Shown piece after piece: positions 1 through 11,439 of a stretch of 64,000 bases of DNA. The translations under genes and the position numbers were made by a program. The stretch comes from Camelus ferus (taxonomy: Eukaryota): assembly GCF_009834535.1 (NCBI RefSeq), contig NC_045696.1, positions 5,706,001 to 5,770,000 on the forward strand, given 5' to 3'. Below the pieces are notes generated by a model. That model had not been told where the DNA came from. It made no database searches and saw only the letters and a list, made by a program, of their open reading frames with translations. How positions within the stretch are numbered: position 1 is the first letter of the stretch; the number at the start of each line of letters is the position of its first letter.

Positions 1-330
1 TGGGCGGTTAAAATAAAGCACCACGGAATAGAGAAGCGCCTTGGGCTCCCTCCGAGGCCTCCCGTCTTACTCGGAAGTAAGACGGGAAGCCCAAGTCCGA
101 CAGAGCTGGGAGAGGTAAGGGCATCAGAACCCCGAGATGGTCGCTGCATGGAGGGAGGGAGGGCTGTCCCACAAGAACCGTGGTCTCCACTAGAAGAACA
201 GCAGCCGCCAACCAATGGCAGGAAGGGAGCTGGGAAAAGAGAAACCCCGCCCCTTCCATCTCCTGCTGGATGAAGCCAGAGGGCAAGAGAGCCCTTTACT
301 GTTAGTGCAGTCTGCTTACCTGGGGATGCA
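1..330. promoter_or_regulatory. GC/CpG-richer promoter-like segment about 6.7 kb upstream of the BRWD1 ATG
   Basis: GC boxes (GGGCGG 2-7; CCCCGCCC near 245-252), ETS-like CGGAAGT 72-78, CCAAT near 212, donor-like GAG|gtaagg at 114/115. Confidence 0.4.
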
Positions 331-404
331 GACTCAGGGGTGGGGGGTGGGGAGGAGGGGTAGAGAGTGGATTATGCCACCCAGCTTTAACAGCCAGCCA
401 GAGC

Positions 405-1580
405 ATTCTACAATAGAAATAAAAGCAAAAATAAACAAATAGGACCTAATTAAATTTATAAGCTTTTGCACAGCAAAGGAAACCATAAACAAAACGAAAA
501 GACAACCTATGGAATGGGAGAAAACATTTGCAAACGATGTGACTGACAAGGGCTTAATTTCCAGAATATATAAACAGCTCATACAGCTTAATAACTAAAG
601 CCAAATAACCCAATCCAAAAATGGGCAGAAGACCTAAACAAGCATTTCTCTAAGGAAGACATACAAATGGCAAATAGGCACATGAAAAATGCTCTATATC
701 GCTAGTTACCAGAGAAATGAAAATCAAAACTTACAGTGAGGTATGACCTCACACCAATCAGAATGGCCATCATTAAAAAGTCCACAAATAACAAATGCTG
801 GAGAGGGTGTGGAGAAAAGAGAACCCTCCTACATTGTTGGTGGGAATGTAGTTTGGTGCAGCCATTATGGAAAACAGTATAGAGATTCCTTTAAAAAACT
901 AAAAACAGACTTACCATATGACCCAGCAATCCCACTCCTGGGCATATAAACGGAGGAAACTCTAATTCGAAAAGATATGTCCACCTCAGTGTTTATAGCA
1001 GCACTATTTACAATAGCCAAGACATGGAAGCAACATAAATGTCCACTGACAGATGACTGAGTAGTATTCCATTATATTTATATGTATAAAATGGAATACT
1101 ACTCAGCCATAAAAATAATAAAATAATCCCACTTGCAGCAACATGGATGGACCTGGAGATCATCATACTAAGTAAGCAGAAATAGAAAAAAAATACCCTA
1201 TGATATTGCTTTATTTGTGGAATCATAAAAAAAAGGACACAAATGAAAACTTATTTACAAAACAGAGACAGACTCACAGACATAGAAAACAAACTATGGT
1301 TATGGGGCAGGGAAAGGAGGTGGGGAGGGATAAATTGGGAGCTTGGGATTTGCAGACACTAATTACTGTATATAAAATTGATAAACAACAAGGTCCTACT
1401 GTTTAGCACAGGGAACTATATTCAATATCTTGTAATAACTTATAATGGTAAAGAATATGAAAAGGAATATATATGTATATATAACTGAATCACTATGCTG
1501 TGCACCAGAAATTAATACAACATTGTAAATCGACTATACGTCAAATAAACAAATAAATTCAAGTCAAGTTGAAAAAAAAA
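405..1580 (+). mobile_element. 5'-truncated LINE-1 (ORF2 3' end, 3'UTR, poly(A))
   Basis: ORF2 C-terminal remnants (e.g. LKTDLPYDPAIPLLGI in ORF 743-949), artiodactyl-type L1 3'UTR, A-tail at about 1572-1580. Confidence 0.92.
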
Positions 1581-2979
1581 GCCAGGAGTTAAAGTTTAGG
1601 TGATAGGGAACGAGAAAGGCTTGAATAGAGAATATGCAAAGCGTGTCTCCAGAAATTTAGAAGTAGTGATAGGATGAATTCAGTGGGAAGTCAAGGAGAC
1701 CTTGGAGGAGGCTCTGGTGACGGAGGGAATGGAGAGAAAAACAGTTATTTTTATGCAATAGCATCCTGTTGAGAGCTAGGCATTGTTCAAAGACCTTTCC
1801 AGACATCCTCCCTGGAAGTGCTCACAAACAACATGTATATCCTGGCTGTCTCATGAGCATGACATAGTCCACGTCAGTGGATTAGCCCAGTGCCCAGGAG
1901 ACAGAAACACTCAGCATGTGTTCTCTGTTAGCTGTTATCCCCATTTTAAAGATGAGACAAAACCAAAAACAAACACTGAGCCACAGGGAGGTTGCTCAAC
2001 TAGTAAGCGGTGTTCAAACACAGGCACATTCTGATTCCATCTCCCACATTCCAAGGTCACGTCCAACCTCACTGCCTTTTCTGCAGTGCCCGGGGAAACG
2101 TTTCAAAGGAAGAACTGGTAAGACTCAGAGACAGATGTGGGCCAGTGCCTGCAATGTGGGAACACGCAGGGACCGAAGCCAGTGACGAGGGGGAACTGGA
2201 GAGGGAAGAGATAAATGTGGAAACAATTTGCTGAGGGAGGCAGGGACAAGTTGCAGGAAGGGGACAGCTGGCAGGGTTAGAATTAGGGGGAAGAAGAGGT
2301 CCGGAGGGAAAGATGACACTGTCAGGAGGTGGAGGAAGGGCCTTGAGAAGGAGATGCAAGCTCTGCTAGTGACTGGGGGCTGATCAAAAAGTGCTATTCG
2401 TTCAGCCCTTCTTTCAAAATCCTCTGGAAATCTATCAAGACTTAAGTCTTCTACTTCCAGGGGATTATCTCACAGAAGCAGCTCACGAGGCAGTGCCTGC
2501 CTTAGAGAACACCTTCAAATGCAAATTTTGTTGAATGAATGAAATAATGCAGGGTTTTGGGTGCACTTGATTTTACTTCCAAGTCCTGATTCAGTTTGGT
2601 GGCATCACTCTAATGCAGGTCCTGTGTCATCTACTTTTTTATGTCCCTCCAAACGATGCTGATACTATGCCTGCACCAACAGTGTCTGCTGCCTGAAACT
2701 AAATTCAGTTAACAACGAACGTTTGCATTAACATACTGATAATAGAATGTGAATTATGTATATTACTTTCTTTGCATAATCTCCACTGCTCACAGCCTTA
2801 TCTCTATTTTCACTCTTTCAAAATAGACCCTAATCTAGTCCTTAACCTGAATTTGGGACCGCTCTCCTGTGCAAATTGTTGGAAACACACTGGTTTGCAC
2901 GCCTTGTCCCAGAAATGCCTTTCACAAGTAACACCTCTATGACTCCTAAGTGGTGGCTTGGAAGGCTCCAGTGAATTCT

Positions 2980-3119
2980 TCTTTTAAAAATTTATTTATT
3001 TTTTGGTGAGGGAGGTAATTAGATTTACTTATTTATTTTTTAGAGGAGGTACTGGGGATTGAACCTAGGACCTCATGCATGCTGAGCATGCTCTCTACCA
3101 CTTGAGATGTACCTTCCCC
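2980..3119 (-). mobile_element. tRNA-derived SINE (camelid Vic-1-type)
   Basis: Reverse complement of GGGGAAGGTACATCTCAAGTGGTAGAG...GGTTCAATCCCCAGTACCTCC with A-rich tail; A/B boxes. Confidence 0.85.
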
Positions 3120-5369
3120 ATCCTTTTTTTTTTATTATTATTATTTGATCTGCACCCTCCGGCCCCAGGACAGCTGGGGGTGGGGCAGTGTCCCCTGATG
3201 GCTTTTTAACGTGTGTGCGGAGGGAAGAGTGTGTTCTGCAGAAGAAGCACCTGTCCTGCTAGGAACCACAAAGTGTTAGGTGTCCGTAACATGCTCTTTG
3301 TTCTGGATGTGTTTACTGGATGCCTGTTTGTATTTGCAGACTATACATACAGATCTTAATAAAAAGATCCACTGTGTAAAAAAATTGCTTTTCATCCTTA
3401 GACAAATTCTTAAACTTTCTAAGTTTCAATTTCCTCATCCTTAAAACAAGAATAACAGAATTTAGCTCGCAGTTGCCTGTGATAAGTGAAATCATGCACG
3501 TACTTACGTATTTTCACATTTCAGCTCTCACACGCATTGGCTGTGTGACTTTGTGCAAGTCCCCTCGTCTCCAGGCCCTGCTTTCCTCCTTTATGAATGT
3601 TGTGAGGGCAGAAAGAATTCTGCGGTGCTTGTGCTCCGTCTAAGGTAGAACTGTGTCACCTGCGCTTGAAGCCTGGCTACGTGCCCTTAGGCCTTCTCAA
3701 TCTCTGGGCCTCAGCTTCCTCAGCTGTGAAGCGAGCGTACTAACAGCACCTGGCGAAGAGCCGTTGCTGTTGTGACGATCAGCGATGTTTATCGAGCAGA
3801 GGGGTTGCCTGCCAAGGACTAAAACATTGTCGTAGTTCCCTTATTGTAGAGTTGGGTGGCAGCATTACAGCAGATGTCACGAGCCATTAAGATCTGCCAC
3901 GCCTTGCTTACTAAGCAACTTTTTGATAATTTAGTACTCCATATAGCTTTCCTGTGGTGAAATTCAGAAGTTATTTCCATTTATCCAAAAGCAAACCTTA
4001 GTTTGTGCATTTGGAATGGCTTGGATTCAATGTGTGAGGGACACGTACATAGTTCTTCCCTTGCTTGGAGACCACTTTGGGCAGGTTCCAACTATGAAGA
4101 TGATGATGGACAGTGTATCCCCTTTTCATCCTTGTCTGTGGCGTAAGTGGGAGTCAAACCTAGGTCTCTTTCAACTGAGAGTTGAAGGGGGAAGATATTC
4201 TGCCTCTTGTCAGAAATCGTTGCGTCTCCACCCAAATCTAGAACAGGATGTCACAGACGTCAGAGTAAACTGTAAAGGAACGACAGGGCTCGTGCAAGGG
4301 AAGACTCCTGTCATCTTTTCTGACTTCTTGTAATGGTTACCATGCTGCCCATACCAGCATTGCAGTTTTGCACAAGGACCAGTGCTTCAGATATAAATTC
4401 TTGTAACTTGTTTCATGGCCTTTTTTACGATATTGCTACAAAATGAAACATGCAACTCCTTGGTCAATCTCTAAAAGGTTAAATTCTCCCCTCTTTATGT
4501 CTTTAATATTTTTGAACTCTGGTAATCTTGTAGCATCAGATGATACTGTCCCACAGGAATATATGTGCTGTAACTTCAAGTAATCAAGTTGTTTCAAGTA
4601 GTTAGCCATCTTAATAATTTAGCTACAGCCTGAATGCCCTATGTCAGTCAGTGGCTGGCACAACCTTGACCTACGCCTCAGAGTTGAGAGTTTTGTGACT
4701 TTTACTCTCATTTGACTTCATCTGTTTTAACCTCTTACGTATTTCTGAACCCATCTCTTCCTCTCCACCCTCATAATTAATGATTGCCCTAATGCATCAT
4801 CTGTCATCTTTCCTATTTTAGGAATCTATTAAGTGGTTTTCCTGCCTCTCGGTCTTAACCCTTTCAAGCCTATCCCCATTTTAACTACCCCTTCCCCGCC
4901 AATTTTTGACTTAATGGGTCCCATCCATACCTCCAAAGTCACCCCAACCAGTCATACTAAACTTGAGTTCCTTAAACTTGGACTGTTACTCATGTCTTGG
5001 CCCTTTGTTGTTCACGTGTCTGGAATCCCCGTCCACACACTGAAGTCCAAAACACTCAAACTTCTAACATCTGCCCCTCCCATAGGCAGACTGATCTCCC
5101 TTCTGATAACAGAGATACTGCCCTAAATCTTGTCATTCTTTGCTTACATCGTTTCCCTTAAAAGACACTTAAGTATTGAATGGCAAAGCTGTAAGTAGCT
5201 TATTCCTTCACCTTTTATTCTCATCACTTGGTTAGTGTTTGCTGAATCAACAGATACAAGAACGGACTGCGGATGCGCACGTCCAAACACGTCCGGATTG
5301 TTCCCTCTCAAACATATGTTAAGACCTTTTGCTATGTGGTGTAAATAATTAAAAGCAGGCACGTATATG

Positions 5370-5560
5370 GCGCTTACTATAGGCTAAGAACACATACCAA
5401 CCCGTATTAAATCTTCACAACCCTATGAAGTAGGCACAACTATGATCTATAGTTTACAGGTGAGGACAGCTGAGGCCCAGAGGTGATGAATTGCTCAGTT
5501 ACACAATCAATAGGCCGGCAAGGCCCAGGGTCAGTCCCACCCAGTGTGACCTGAACTACG
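5370..5560. mobile_element. MIR SINE relic
   Basis: MIR core-like aatcttcacaaccctatgaagtagg...tttacaggtgaggacagctgaggcccagagg. Confidence 0.7.
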
Positions 5561-6711
5561 ACATTTAACTTCTATATGCTGTGGAAGTTGTTATACTGTG
5601 TAGGAACTGCGATTACAATGTCCACTCCACGAGAGGAGTGTTTTGCTCGCTACTGTCCTTCAGGGTTCAGAAAAGGGCACACCGGATACGCTGGGTGAAT
5701 GAATCCGGTTAGGTCAGAAGCCATTACGGGCATTTTTTGGACCCTTGCCCACTGCTCCAACCTCAAATCCTACTACTGTCTTCCAGGAGAATCCTAATGA
5801 CACATGGTTGCCCGAAGTGCTGCGTGTCTGCGTCGCCGCTTCCTCGCACCCCGCTTCCTATCCCGCTAAGTCATCGCCGGCTCTGGGCGGCTTTCCTGGC
5901 TGGCGAGGTTTACATCCTCTGCGATGTACTGCATTTTCTTTAACCCTTTCTACCAGACTGCTGGGTTCTCCCGGGACTGCGGCTCCGTCTCATTATTCTA
6001 TCTTCTTCCTACTGCGTGCGGCAACGTCGCCTCTCAGTAAACGTTTACTGTCCCCTCCGAGCCGTAGCGGGTCAGTGTCTGCGGACCCCGGCCTCCGCCA
6101 CCCTGTGACCTCCCCGCCTTCCTCCTCCCCTCCCCGGGGGAAGGCTTCTCAGGCAGACGTTCTCCTCTTTATGGGTGGCACGATTCTCGGTTTTAAGCGT
6201 TTCGCGTCCTCGAAGCGAGCGATCTTTCGTGGTGGGGTGGGTGGTAAACACACTGACCCCAGATGACTGTCCGTGAAACGTCCCTTCCAAGAACCCCGAA
6301 GCTAGTGACCCCGCCGCCACCGCTGGGCATCCTGGAACTCTGCGGCCCGCGTCAAGGGGCTCGGTCCTGCCGGGGAAGCGGCGACCGGTCCCCACCCCCA
6401 CCCCGCCGGGGCCCCCGCCCCGCACCGCAGCCGGGCCGCCGCCTCACAATGGCCGGGAGCCGCGTCACCGCGCGCAGGGATCCCGTCCACGCTCGCTCCC
6501 CTCCCCCACTCGCCGCTGTTCCGGGCCCGGCCCTGGGTGCACACAGTCTCCTCCGAGCGTCCCCTGAGGCCCAGGAGAGGGAGGCGAGGCTAGCTCTTCC
6601 GGGCGGGGCCGGGCCGTCGTTCGTCTGGTGTCACCGGCGGCCCCTGTGGAGGAACTACTTTCTCTCCGGAGGGGGGACTACTTCGCGGAGGCGTCGGAGC
6701 TGGCGCAAAGC

Positions 6712-6774
6712 ATGGCGGTGGCGGCGGCGGCGGCGGCGGCTGCTGCGGCGGCGGCGGCGGCGCGCCTAAGGTAG
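6712..6774 (+). other. Upstream ORF, 20 aa: MAV(A)14RLR*
   Basis: AAGC-ATG-G (A at -3, G at +4), TAG at 6772-6774; requires TSS upstream of 6712. Confidence 0.55.
6721..6762 (+). repeat. Interrupted trinucleotide repeat (GCG)6(GCT)2(GCG)6
   Basis: Read directly from sequence. Confidence 0.95.
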
Positions 6775-6853
6775 AGGGACGCCGGCCCGGTCAGGCCTCG
6801 GCGCGGCCTACACGCTTCGCTCGCCCGCTCCCGCCCCGGCCCCGCTCCCGGCC

Positions 6854-6902
6854 ATGGCGGAGCCCTCGCCAGCCCGACGCCCGGTGCCCCTCATTGAGTC
6901 GG
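6854..6902 (+). CDS. BRWD1: BRWD1 coding exon 1 (MAEPSPARRPVPLIES)
   Basis: GCC-ATG-G Kozak, donor G|gtaaga, 49 nt; matches recalled BRWD1 N-terminus. Confidence 0.95.
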
Positions 6903-7000
6903 GTAAGACGCGCTGCCCGCGCCCTCCCCGCGGCGCCCCCGCCCCGGCCCCCTCCCCGCCGCGGCGCCCGCGCTTGACCCGACTCCCCGTCTCCCCGCAG

Positions 7001-7059
7001 AGCTGTACTTTCTCATCGCCCGGTACCTATCGGCCGGCCCGTGTCGGAGAGCCGCCCAG
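7001..7059 (+). CDS. BRWD1: BRWD1 coding exon 2 ([20 protein letters not shown])
   Basis: ccgcag| ... CAG|gtgagt, 59 nt, frame continuous. Confidence 0.96.
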
Positions 7060-7198
7060 GTGAGTGCGGGCCCGTGGGCGGCGGCGGCCGGGGTGCCGGG
7101 GTCCCGGCCTCGCCGCCGCCTGGGGTCGCGGGAGGAGGGCGCCGGGCGGACCGGGGTGCGGCCCCCGCCCCCCTAACTGCGCGTCCTGTCCCTTGCAG

Positions 7199-7228
7199 GT
7201 GCTGGTGCAGGAGCTGGAGCAGTACCAG
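7199..7228 (+). CDS. BRWD1: BRWD1 coding exon 3 ([10 protein letters not shown]), 30 nt
   Basis: Branch site CCTAAC near 7172-7177, ttgcag|, donor CAG|gtctgt. Confidence 0.93.
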
Positions 7229-7397
7229 GTCTGTGCTTCGCGGCGTCGCCCGCGCCTGCCCCGCCGCGTCCCCTGCGTCCCCTCCTGGCCTTGCCCCGGG
7301 GCCGCTTCCCAGCTCCCCCGCCCCCGCCCCGCTACCCAGCCGCCCCCCACCCCGTCCCCGCGCGGTGGTCACTCGTGTGCGTCTCGGGTCTTTGCAG

Positions 7398-7457
7398 TTG
7401 CTGCCGAAGAGGTTGGATTGGGAGGGCAACGAGCACAACAGGAGCTACGAGGAATTG
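7398..7457 (+). CDS. BRWD1: BRWD1 coding exon 4 ([20 protein letters not shown])
   Basis: tttgcag| ... TTG|gtgaga, 60 nt. Confidence 0.96.
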
Positions 7458-9444
7458 GTGAGACTTTTGACATTTCCATCCCGGTGTTTCCGAGCCCCCT
7501 CCCCACGCCCCCTTTTCGGGGTCCTGCAGGAGGGGCGAAGTGACCGAGCCGCGCTCGGAGGGGTCGGGCGGGCGTCCGTGGCGTCACCGGGACAGCGGGA
7601 CTCTCCCCTGTGGGTTTTGTTTTGTTTTGGGGGTGGCTGGGTTTGTTTGGGTAGGAAACAGCCTGCGGGGGCGGCGGGGCGGCGGTGGGGGCGACCCTGC
7701 GCCGCGGTTTGTGGCGGGGTGGGTCCCCAGGTGCGGCTGCCTATGGCGAGAGCCGGGGGCGCACCAGCCATTCAGCGAGCAGTTCTCATCCGTGTTTCTT
7801 CCTAACGCGACTTGTAACTCGGCCTCTGATTGGCCTTCCTCCTTTTGCCCCGCCCAGATCTTGCAGCCACTTGTTCCCTAGGAATAGAAGCACTCGTGTA
7901 TGAAAGGTGGAGAAACGTTTCTCTCTTTAGCATTTTTTTTTTCTTCAGCAGAGTGATAAAAATCTCGCTGCTGTGAGAATATGCCACTCCTTCAATACTT
8001 CTGCCTCTCTAAACTGTGCTATTCTTGCTCAATGCCTTAGAAAACTTATTTCAATGAATTTTTATACTGCTCTTGCTGTGTATAACAATACAGGCTCTAG
8101 CTGCATTTCTCTCTCTAGAGCACCGTTAATGTAGATTACAGTTATCTTTTCACTGTACTTTGTCATCTTTTTGAGTTACTCACAATTTGTAAGTTTGTTT
8201 TATCCACTCGTTTTGTCCTTAGTGGAATAAGACGTTTTTCAGAAAAATGTTTCCGGTTTGTGTATTCGGATAAAGGATTTCTTTAGTTGCCAGACCGTGT
8301 TCAGCATTTTGTATGAGCAAGACAACTGAAAAAAAAAAAATAGAATTGCTGAATGATCTTTTAGCACAGTTCTAAAACCTGCAAGCAGAATTGGTAGAAT
8401 GTGATCACCATTTTTGAATTAAGAAAAGAACAGACCTAGGGGGATTTGTGATTTGTATATGAACAGTTAAGTATTAACACTTAAAGTTGGATGAAAGTGG
8501 TAAGATACTCTCTTTCAGTGTCAGTTTTAATATTTGCCTTCCTAGAGTTTTTTGAAGCAAACACTTAAAAGTGAGTATTTTCAAAGTGAGCTCTAAAAAT
8601 TCTGCATTATGGCAGAATTTTTGTGTTGTCTTGAGTTTGATATTTTGGGTCTTAAGTCAAGGAAATCTTTAAAGTAAAGGACTGCTCTGATTTGTTTTCA
8701 CTCCTGTTGATAGTGAAAATAGTGATGTCAGTGAAGCAGAAAAACCTTATTGACATGACAGTGCAGTCATGCTACTACAGAGAAAATTGCTTACATTTTG
8801 AAATAAGCATAACGTTATAACTACTGGGAAAGTTACTGTTAAAATAGATTTATCTGTATTTTTGACTTTTGCTGTTAGAGTTGCACAAAACTACTTAAAA
8901 TTCTGTTTTCAGTTATTCAGAATCTCTGTGATTTGCCCCTGTGATGTGGCTGTGACACATCATCTCATTGTCTGGATGATTTGTCTGATGGATATTCTCC
9001 TCTTTTACCTTCCTCCCTCCTTTCCCAGCACTAAGAGGTAGAGGATGAGCTTCCTGTATAGGGAATTCTTCTTTTGTCAAGGTTATATGAGTACCTTCTG
9101 GTTCTCCAAAGAAAGTCTTGTTTTTCTTTTTAAAAATTTTAAGAAGTATTTTAAACATATGCAAATGGGAATAATATGGTGAATCCCTATATATCATAAA
9201 CAAATTCATTACCAATTTGCTGTACTTGTTTTGTTTTTTATATTTAGTTTGAATTGGGCTTCAGACCATGTCCTTGCATTGTGCTGAAATTATCTTCAGT
9301 CTCTTTTTATCTCGTATAGTTTTTCTCCTCTGCTGTTGATTTACTGAAGAAACTGCGTTAGTTATTCTGTAGAATGTTTCAGTCTGGTTTTGTCTGATTG
9401 TTTATGATATTTGTTTACTCATGTTTAATTTATTCCTTTTTCTT

Positions 9445-9590
9445 AATAGTTCTCGTTCTTGAATCAGAACTATTTGGGAAGCTTTATAAAATCTGGATGC
9501 CCAGGCTATGCCTCAGACCAGTTAAATCAGAATCTTTGTAGTGGGACTGGACATCACTATTTTTTAAAGCCTTTCTAGTGATTCCAGTAT
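9445..9590. mobile_element. MER5-like hAT-Charlie MITE relic
   Basis: gatgcccaggc...cagaccagttaaatcagaatct...gtgattcc resembles MER5A. Confidence 0.65.
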
Positions 9591-11439
9591 CATTGTTTAC
9601 AAAGCTATAGTTTATCTTAGACTTGTGACCATACTGTTATTAGAACCTGTGCTTTGGAAGCATGGATATTTTTGATATTTCTTAGGAGAATTTAGACTAG
9701 TTATCTTTCAATACCTAACCCTGCAGTAGCAGTTAGACTTGTGAATTTAATTGGAGTTTTCATGATTTATAGGTAGTGAAGGAAGGGGAGAAATGAAATA
9801 GTATTATAGAATTGGGCATAGGAATTAGGAATGACTAGATTTGTAAAGGAGAGGTGTGTTTAGAAAGGGGAAAGAGATTTTACATACTTTGTAATTGAAT
9901 AGCATGATAAATTTTTGTAGGCCAATATCTTAACCAGAAAAAAAATCAGAAGATTCTTACATTGTGGTCTATCGTTAAGGGGAGTATTGTCATTAAATTT
10001 TTTTTTAATGTTTGAGTAAGCCTTTTGTGCAAGGAAAAGACAAAAGTTATTTATATTGAGTCAGTATTTAGTTTATTAGAATTGTAAGCGGTCATTTTTC
10101 TTAAACTTTTAAGTTCATTTACAAGTCATATAAATGTAGTAACAGAAACAAGTATATTTGTTTCTACATTTTGATTAGTGTTTAATTTGTCATGAGAATT
10201 TAATCTTAAAGTATTTAACATCACTTAATATCACTAGTTAAATTTTCTAGAGGGTTCACATTATACTTAAACATAAATGATGATTTTAGTCAGCTCAAGA
10301 TGGCGAACTTAGATCTAAGCATAATCTTTCTAAGAACTTAACTTTTGTAAATATAATTTTAAATTTACTGTAGTAAGTTGTAATTTTTTACTCTTTCAAA
10401 CATTAAAAATAATTCAGTAATTACAAAACTTGATGTTGTATCAGAGTAGCTATAACTTGCACACATGCATCCAGACCTCTTTCCTTCATCTCTACTTATT
10501 TGTTAACCTTCCTTAGTTCGTGCATGAGCTCGCCAATCCAAGGGGATAGTGGTATTACCATCTGGGAGCTCCCTACTGGATTAAGGACTCAGATGATGAT
10601 TGAAGATTATAATCCAAGACTTGGATTTTGAGTGCATTGCCAGATAGACTCTACTTGAGTCTCAGGTTGAGTCTTTTTTTATAGCAAGGCTACTTATTTA
10701 CCCATTTAAAACAAAACAGCTCTGTATTCCCTACCTGTATTGCAGCTTTTTGCAACCAGTGCAACCATTACCACTTTATTTTCATTGTGGGATTCTGAAG
10801 ACCCTTCATCCTGAGTGGAGTTTATCTTTTCTCTCTGTGGATTCTGCATTTTCTTTGTACTCGACTATAGAAATCTATCGTTTTTATAGGCATTTCATTG
10901 ATAACCCTTGGGAACACTTAATGATTGTGGCAGCGTGATGATAGGTTCTAGTCTAGCAATTGAGCAGTATTAAATTAGAAATCTGGGTTTTGGTGCCAGG
11001 TGGCTGGGCTGTAATCTTGGCTTTCTTTTGTTGCTTACTAGATGTTCTAATCTTAGGCAAATTAATTAATCTCTACCTCAGTTTCTTGATCTGTATAACA
11101 AGGATAATAGTAATTGTATCAAAGTGTCATTGTAAACATTCTGTGGGAAAAAATGACTTTACAGTGCCTGGTGCACAGTACTATTTATTAGTATCAATAT
11201 GGATAGGATGATAAGTCAGTATTGTGTAGACTTCCCCTTCACTTAATTTATGTTTGTAGGCTCTTAGGAAATAACAAAATAACGGTCTCTGTGAGTTTTC
11301 ATACTTGAATGAATGATGCCTGGTATTTACCCTTAATGGATGACCACAAAATAGGATGGGGAACTAGCAGCTGTCTCTGGCTCAGCGCTAAGTGATGGTG
11401 TTGGTGGTGTCTGAATCACTTAGCCTTGACTGTGCTGCT

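Larger units (their letters stand above)
5800..7810. promoter_or_regulatory. BRWD1: CpG island / BRWD1 promoter spanning exons 1-4
   Basis: Very high GC and CpG density, multiple GC boxes, surrounds ATG 6854. Confidence 0.92.

Noticed and set aside
3900..4480. Unique-looking stretch (ORF 4016-4333 and minus-strand frames) that might be a decayed pseudogene
   Set aside because: Multiple stops and no protein I can recognise; would need tBLASTx
6768..6776. Donor-like AAG|gtagag at the end of the uORF that might splice polyAla onto BRWD1
   Set aside because: It would leave phase 2, while exon 2 needs phase 1 and exons 3-5 phase 0, so no in-frame fusion; weak site
5745..7805. Long ORFs in the CpG island (5745-6266, 6263-6769, 7041-7805 and others)
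   Set aside because: Stop-poor GC-rich sequence; low-complexity Pro/Arg/Gly translations with no recognisable domain; the real coding parts are explained by spliced exons 1-4
10277..10330. Box C-like ATGATGA followed by YY1-like CAAGATGGCG: possible C/D snoRNA
   Set aside because: No CTGA box D or terminal stem at a suitable distance; a lone motif is not evidence of function
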